DNA from: an uncultured Thermoplasmata archaeon
GTDB taxonomy: Archaea > Thermoplasmatota > DTKX01 > GCA-020343715
Reading direction: 5' to 3'
Assembly (NCBI GenBank): GCA_965369625.1
Contig: CBDUQW010000002.1
Location: forward strand, 27,708-91,707
DNA: 64,000 bases
Made by a program: the position numbers and the translations under genes. How positions within the stretch are numbered: position 1 is the first letter of the stretch; each line of letters starts with the position of its first letter. Shown here one piece after another: positions 62,315 to 64,000 of this stretch. A model generated the notes under the pieces. That model worked only from the letters and a program-made list of their open reading frames with translations. It did no database searches and was not told the origin of the DNA.

Positions 62315-64000
62315 CTACCGGCGCCTGCGCCGGAAGGAGACCAGCAGGGCGATGGTGGCGATGGCCAGCATGGCCATGGTCCATCCGCCGGGCGTGTCCT
62401 CCGTCTTGTACTGGGCCACGTCGGGGCTGGTCCCCGAATTGCCATCTCCCGCGCTGGGACCGCCGGCGTCGTTGCCGAAGGAGTCCTTGCCTCGGAAGTA
62501 GTACGTGTGCTCGCCCTTGACCATGGTCGTCTCGTAGGTGAACTCCTGACCGTCGGTGGTGTCGGTGTCGGCGGGGTCCGCCGTCATGAGGATGCTATCG
62601 CCGTCGATGACCACCCAGACCTCGCCGTTGTCCCCGTCGGGGTCGGTGAAGGTCACGGTGAAGGTGAACTTGGTCTTCGTGGTCCCCTTGGCCGGACCCA
62701 GGTCGCCCAGCCGCAGGGTCGGGGCCTGGTTCTTGGAGAAGATGTCCACCTCCAGGACGTCCGAGGCGGTGTTGCCCGCCACGTCGGTCACGGTGAGGGT
62801 CACCTCGACGACGACGACGTCGGGGAAGGTGTAGGTGGCCGTCTCGCCGTCCAGCACCACATCGGTGCCGTCGAGGGTGAAGGTCCACTTCCACTCCACG
62901 ATGCCCCGGTTGTCCGCAGAGGCGGAGCCGTCGAAGGTGATCTCGTCCTCCTCGATGTTGGTGATATCGTCACCCGCCGCGGGGACGGGGTCCTCGGTGT
63001 CGAGGATGACGGTGACGCCGGAGGAGTCATCGCCCATGTTGCCCGCCAGGTCGGTGGCGCGTAGGGTGATGACGTTCTCACCCTCGCTCAGGTCGAACTC
63101 GAACTCCCATGCGCCGCCCTCGCCGGCGACCACGGTGCCCTCCTGGGCGTCTCCCACCAGGATGGTGACGGTGGAGCCGATCTCGGCGGTGCCGGAGACG
63201 GTGATGGTGGCCACGTTGGTGTACTCCGGGACCTCGTCCATCCCGGGGACGTCGGGGGCGATGGAGTCGAAGGCGACGCTCAAGGGCAGGGACAGATCGC
63301 CGGTGTTCAGCGACTCGTCGGTTGCCCATGCGGTCATCACGTTCACTCCCTGGTCCTCGAGGGTCAGCTCGAACTCCCAGGTGCCGTCGGGGTCGGTGTA
63401 GGTGGTGCCCACCTCCTCGTCGTTGACGAAGATGGTGATCATGGACCCCGCCTCGGCGGTGCCGGTCAGGGCATGGACCGCCTCGTTGGTCAGCTCGGGC
63501 AGCGTCCCGAGGACCGGGGCGTCGGGAGCCGTGACATCGAGGGTCATCACCTCGAGGACCTGCGAGTACGGCGATTCGTTGGGCACCTCGTCGAAGGCTG
63601 TCAGGACGAAGTAGTAGAACGTCTCGCTGTCCAGGTCCGTGACGTCGAAGGTCGTGGTCGTCAACCCGGCCACGGGCGACAGCTGCGTCCACGGGCCGGC
63701 CCAGTCGTTGCCTATGTAGAGGTGGTAGCCCTCCAGGTCCACGTCCTCGTTGGCGTTCCACTCCAGGGTGATGGAGTCGCCAGCGACGCTGAATGCCTGG
63801 AAGCCCGTGGGTGCCAGGGGCGACTTGCCGTCGACGTGGATCACGCTGACGACCGCCGTCATCGGTGACATGAGGGGCACCTCGTCCCAGGCCGCGACCT
63901 TGAAGCTGTACTCCGTGCCGTGGACCAGGCCGGTGTCTATGGCGTGCAGGTTGGTGGTTAAGTCTCCGAGCAGGACCCAGTCGCCTGCGCCCTGGTCCCA
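62315..64000 (-). CDS. Fibronectin-III/Ig-domain surface protein with a C-terminal TM anchor and an RRRRR tail. It is 5'-partial: the reading frame continues past the window end.
   Basis: Fn3 strands (SPLAPTGFQAFSVAGDSITLEWNANEDVDLEGYHLYIG...FYYFVLTAFDE). The frame stays open upstream of the listed GTG at 63880 and encodes ...GLVHGTEYSFKVAAWDE. C-terminal GWTMAMLAIATIALLVSFRRRRR. Confidence 0.7.
   Translation of the reverse strand, partial: WDQGAGDWVLLGDLTTNLHAIDTGLVHGTEYSFKVAAWDEVPLMSPMTAVVSVIHVDGKSPLAPTGFQAFSVAGDSITLEWNANEDVDLEGYHLYIGNDWAGPWTQLSPVAGLTTTTFDVTDLDSETFYYFVLTAFDEVPNESPYSQVLEVMTLDVTAPDAPVLGTLPELTNEAVHALTGTAEAGSMITIFVNDEEVGTTYTDPDGTWEFELTLEDQGVNVMTAWATDESLNTGDLSLPLSVAFDSIAPDVPGMDEVPEYTNVATITVSGTAEIGSTVTILVGDAQEGTVVAGEGGAWEFEFDLSEGENVITLRATDLAGNMGDDSSGVTVILDTEDPVPAAGDDITNIEEDEITFDGSASADNRGIVEWKWTFTLDGTDVVLDGETATYTFPDVVVVEVTLTVTDVAGNTASDVLEVDIFSKNQAPTLRLGDLGPAKGTTKTKFTFTVTFTDPDGDNGEVWVVIDGDSILMTADPADTDTTDGQEFTYETTMVKGEHTYYFRGKDSFGNDAGGPSAGDGNSGTSPDVAQYKTEDTPGGWTMAMLAIATIALLVSFRRRRR

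Noticed and set aside
1-64000. Search for CRISPR arrays, rRNA genes, tRNA genes, IS elements/transposases, integrases and inteins.
   Set aside because: No regularly spaced direct repeats, no rRNA-like conserved stretches, no canonical tRNA cloverleaf candidates, and no transposase/integrase-like ORFs (DDE or tyrosine recombinase motifs) were seen. The only repeats are short coding micro/minisatellites and the intragenic protein repeats.

Overview
This is a high-GC (about 62-65%) archaeal chromosome segment, apparently from a euryarchaeon. Gene density is high. There is strong antisense 'shadow ORF' noise: Arg/Pro/His/Gly-rich translations lie opposite essentially every real gene, and I rejected them.

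Housekeeping genes I can support from motifs:
- Methanogen-type (atypical) seryl-tRNA synthetase.
- Ribosomal protein S3Ae carrying an unusual C-terminal acidic linker and helix-hairpin-helix (HhH) extension.
- SepF.
- A 2x[4Fe-4S] ferredoxin overlapping a tungsten-type aldehyde:ferredoxin oxidoreductase (AOR).
- A PflX-like radical-SAM enzyme, aspartate dehydrogenase NadX and a Ras-like small GTPase in one minus-strand operon.
- A membrane subtilase, AlaX, membrane LonB and NMN adenylyltransferase.
- Two NAD-dependent sugar epimerases.
- ClC channel with CBS domains, TrkH, a geranylgeranyl reductase-family flavoprotein and an MFS transporter.

The striking feature is that roughly half the window encodes giant secreted or membrane-anchored surface proteins. 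The largest block is a tandem array of four paralogous ~1050-aa type I membrane proteins at 16763-29478. It is organised as a duplicated two-gene cassette (A-B-A'-B') with overlapping stop/start codons. Each paralog carries an N-terminal beta-helix-like domain, then a long and unusual Gly/Asp-rich ~45-50-aa repeat region (GGDAGDGG / GGGGYSGGGGG / VGSGGDA), then Fn3-like and Ig-like domains and a C-terminal TM anchor.

Further notable loci:
- Three consecutive genes with archaeal class III (type IV pilin-like) signal peptides. One has a C-terminal LamG lectin domain and one is a 1090-aa adhesin-like protein.
- A 1732-aa surface protein whose cytoplasmic tail has three zinc ribbons and an acidic repeat tract.
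- A 1258-aa protein with a beta-propeller/DUF11-like ectodomain, one TM segment and two cytoplasmic winged-helix DNA-binding domains (a membrane-tethered one-component regulator).
- A membrane protein with tandem Roadblock/LC7 domains lying convergent to the Ras-like GTPase, plus a separate single-domain Roadblock gene (an MglA/MglB-like module).

No CRISPR array, rRNA, tRNA or recognisable mobile element was found.
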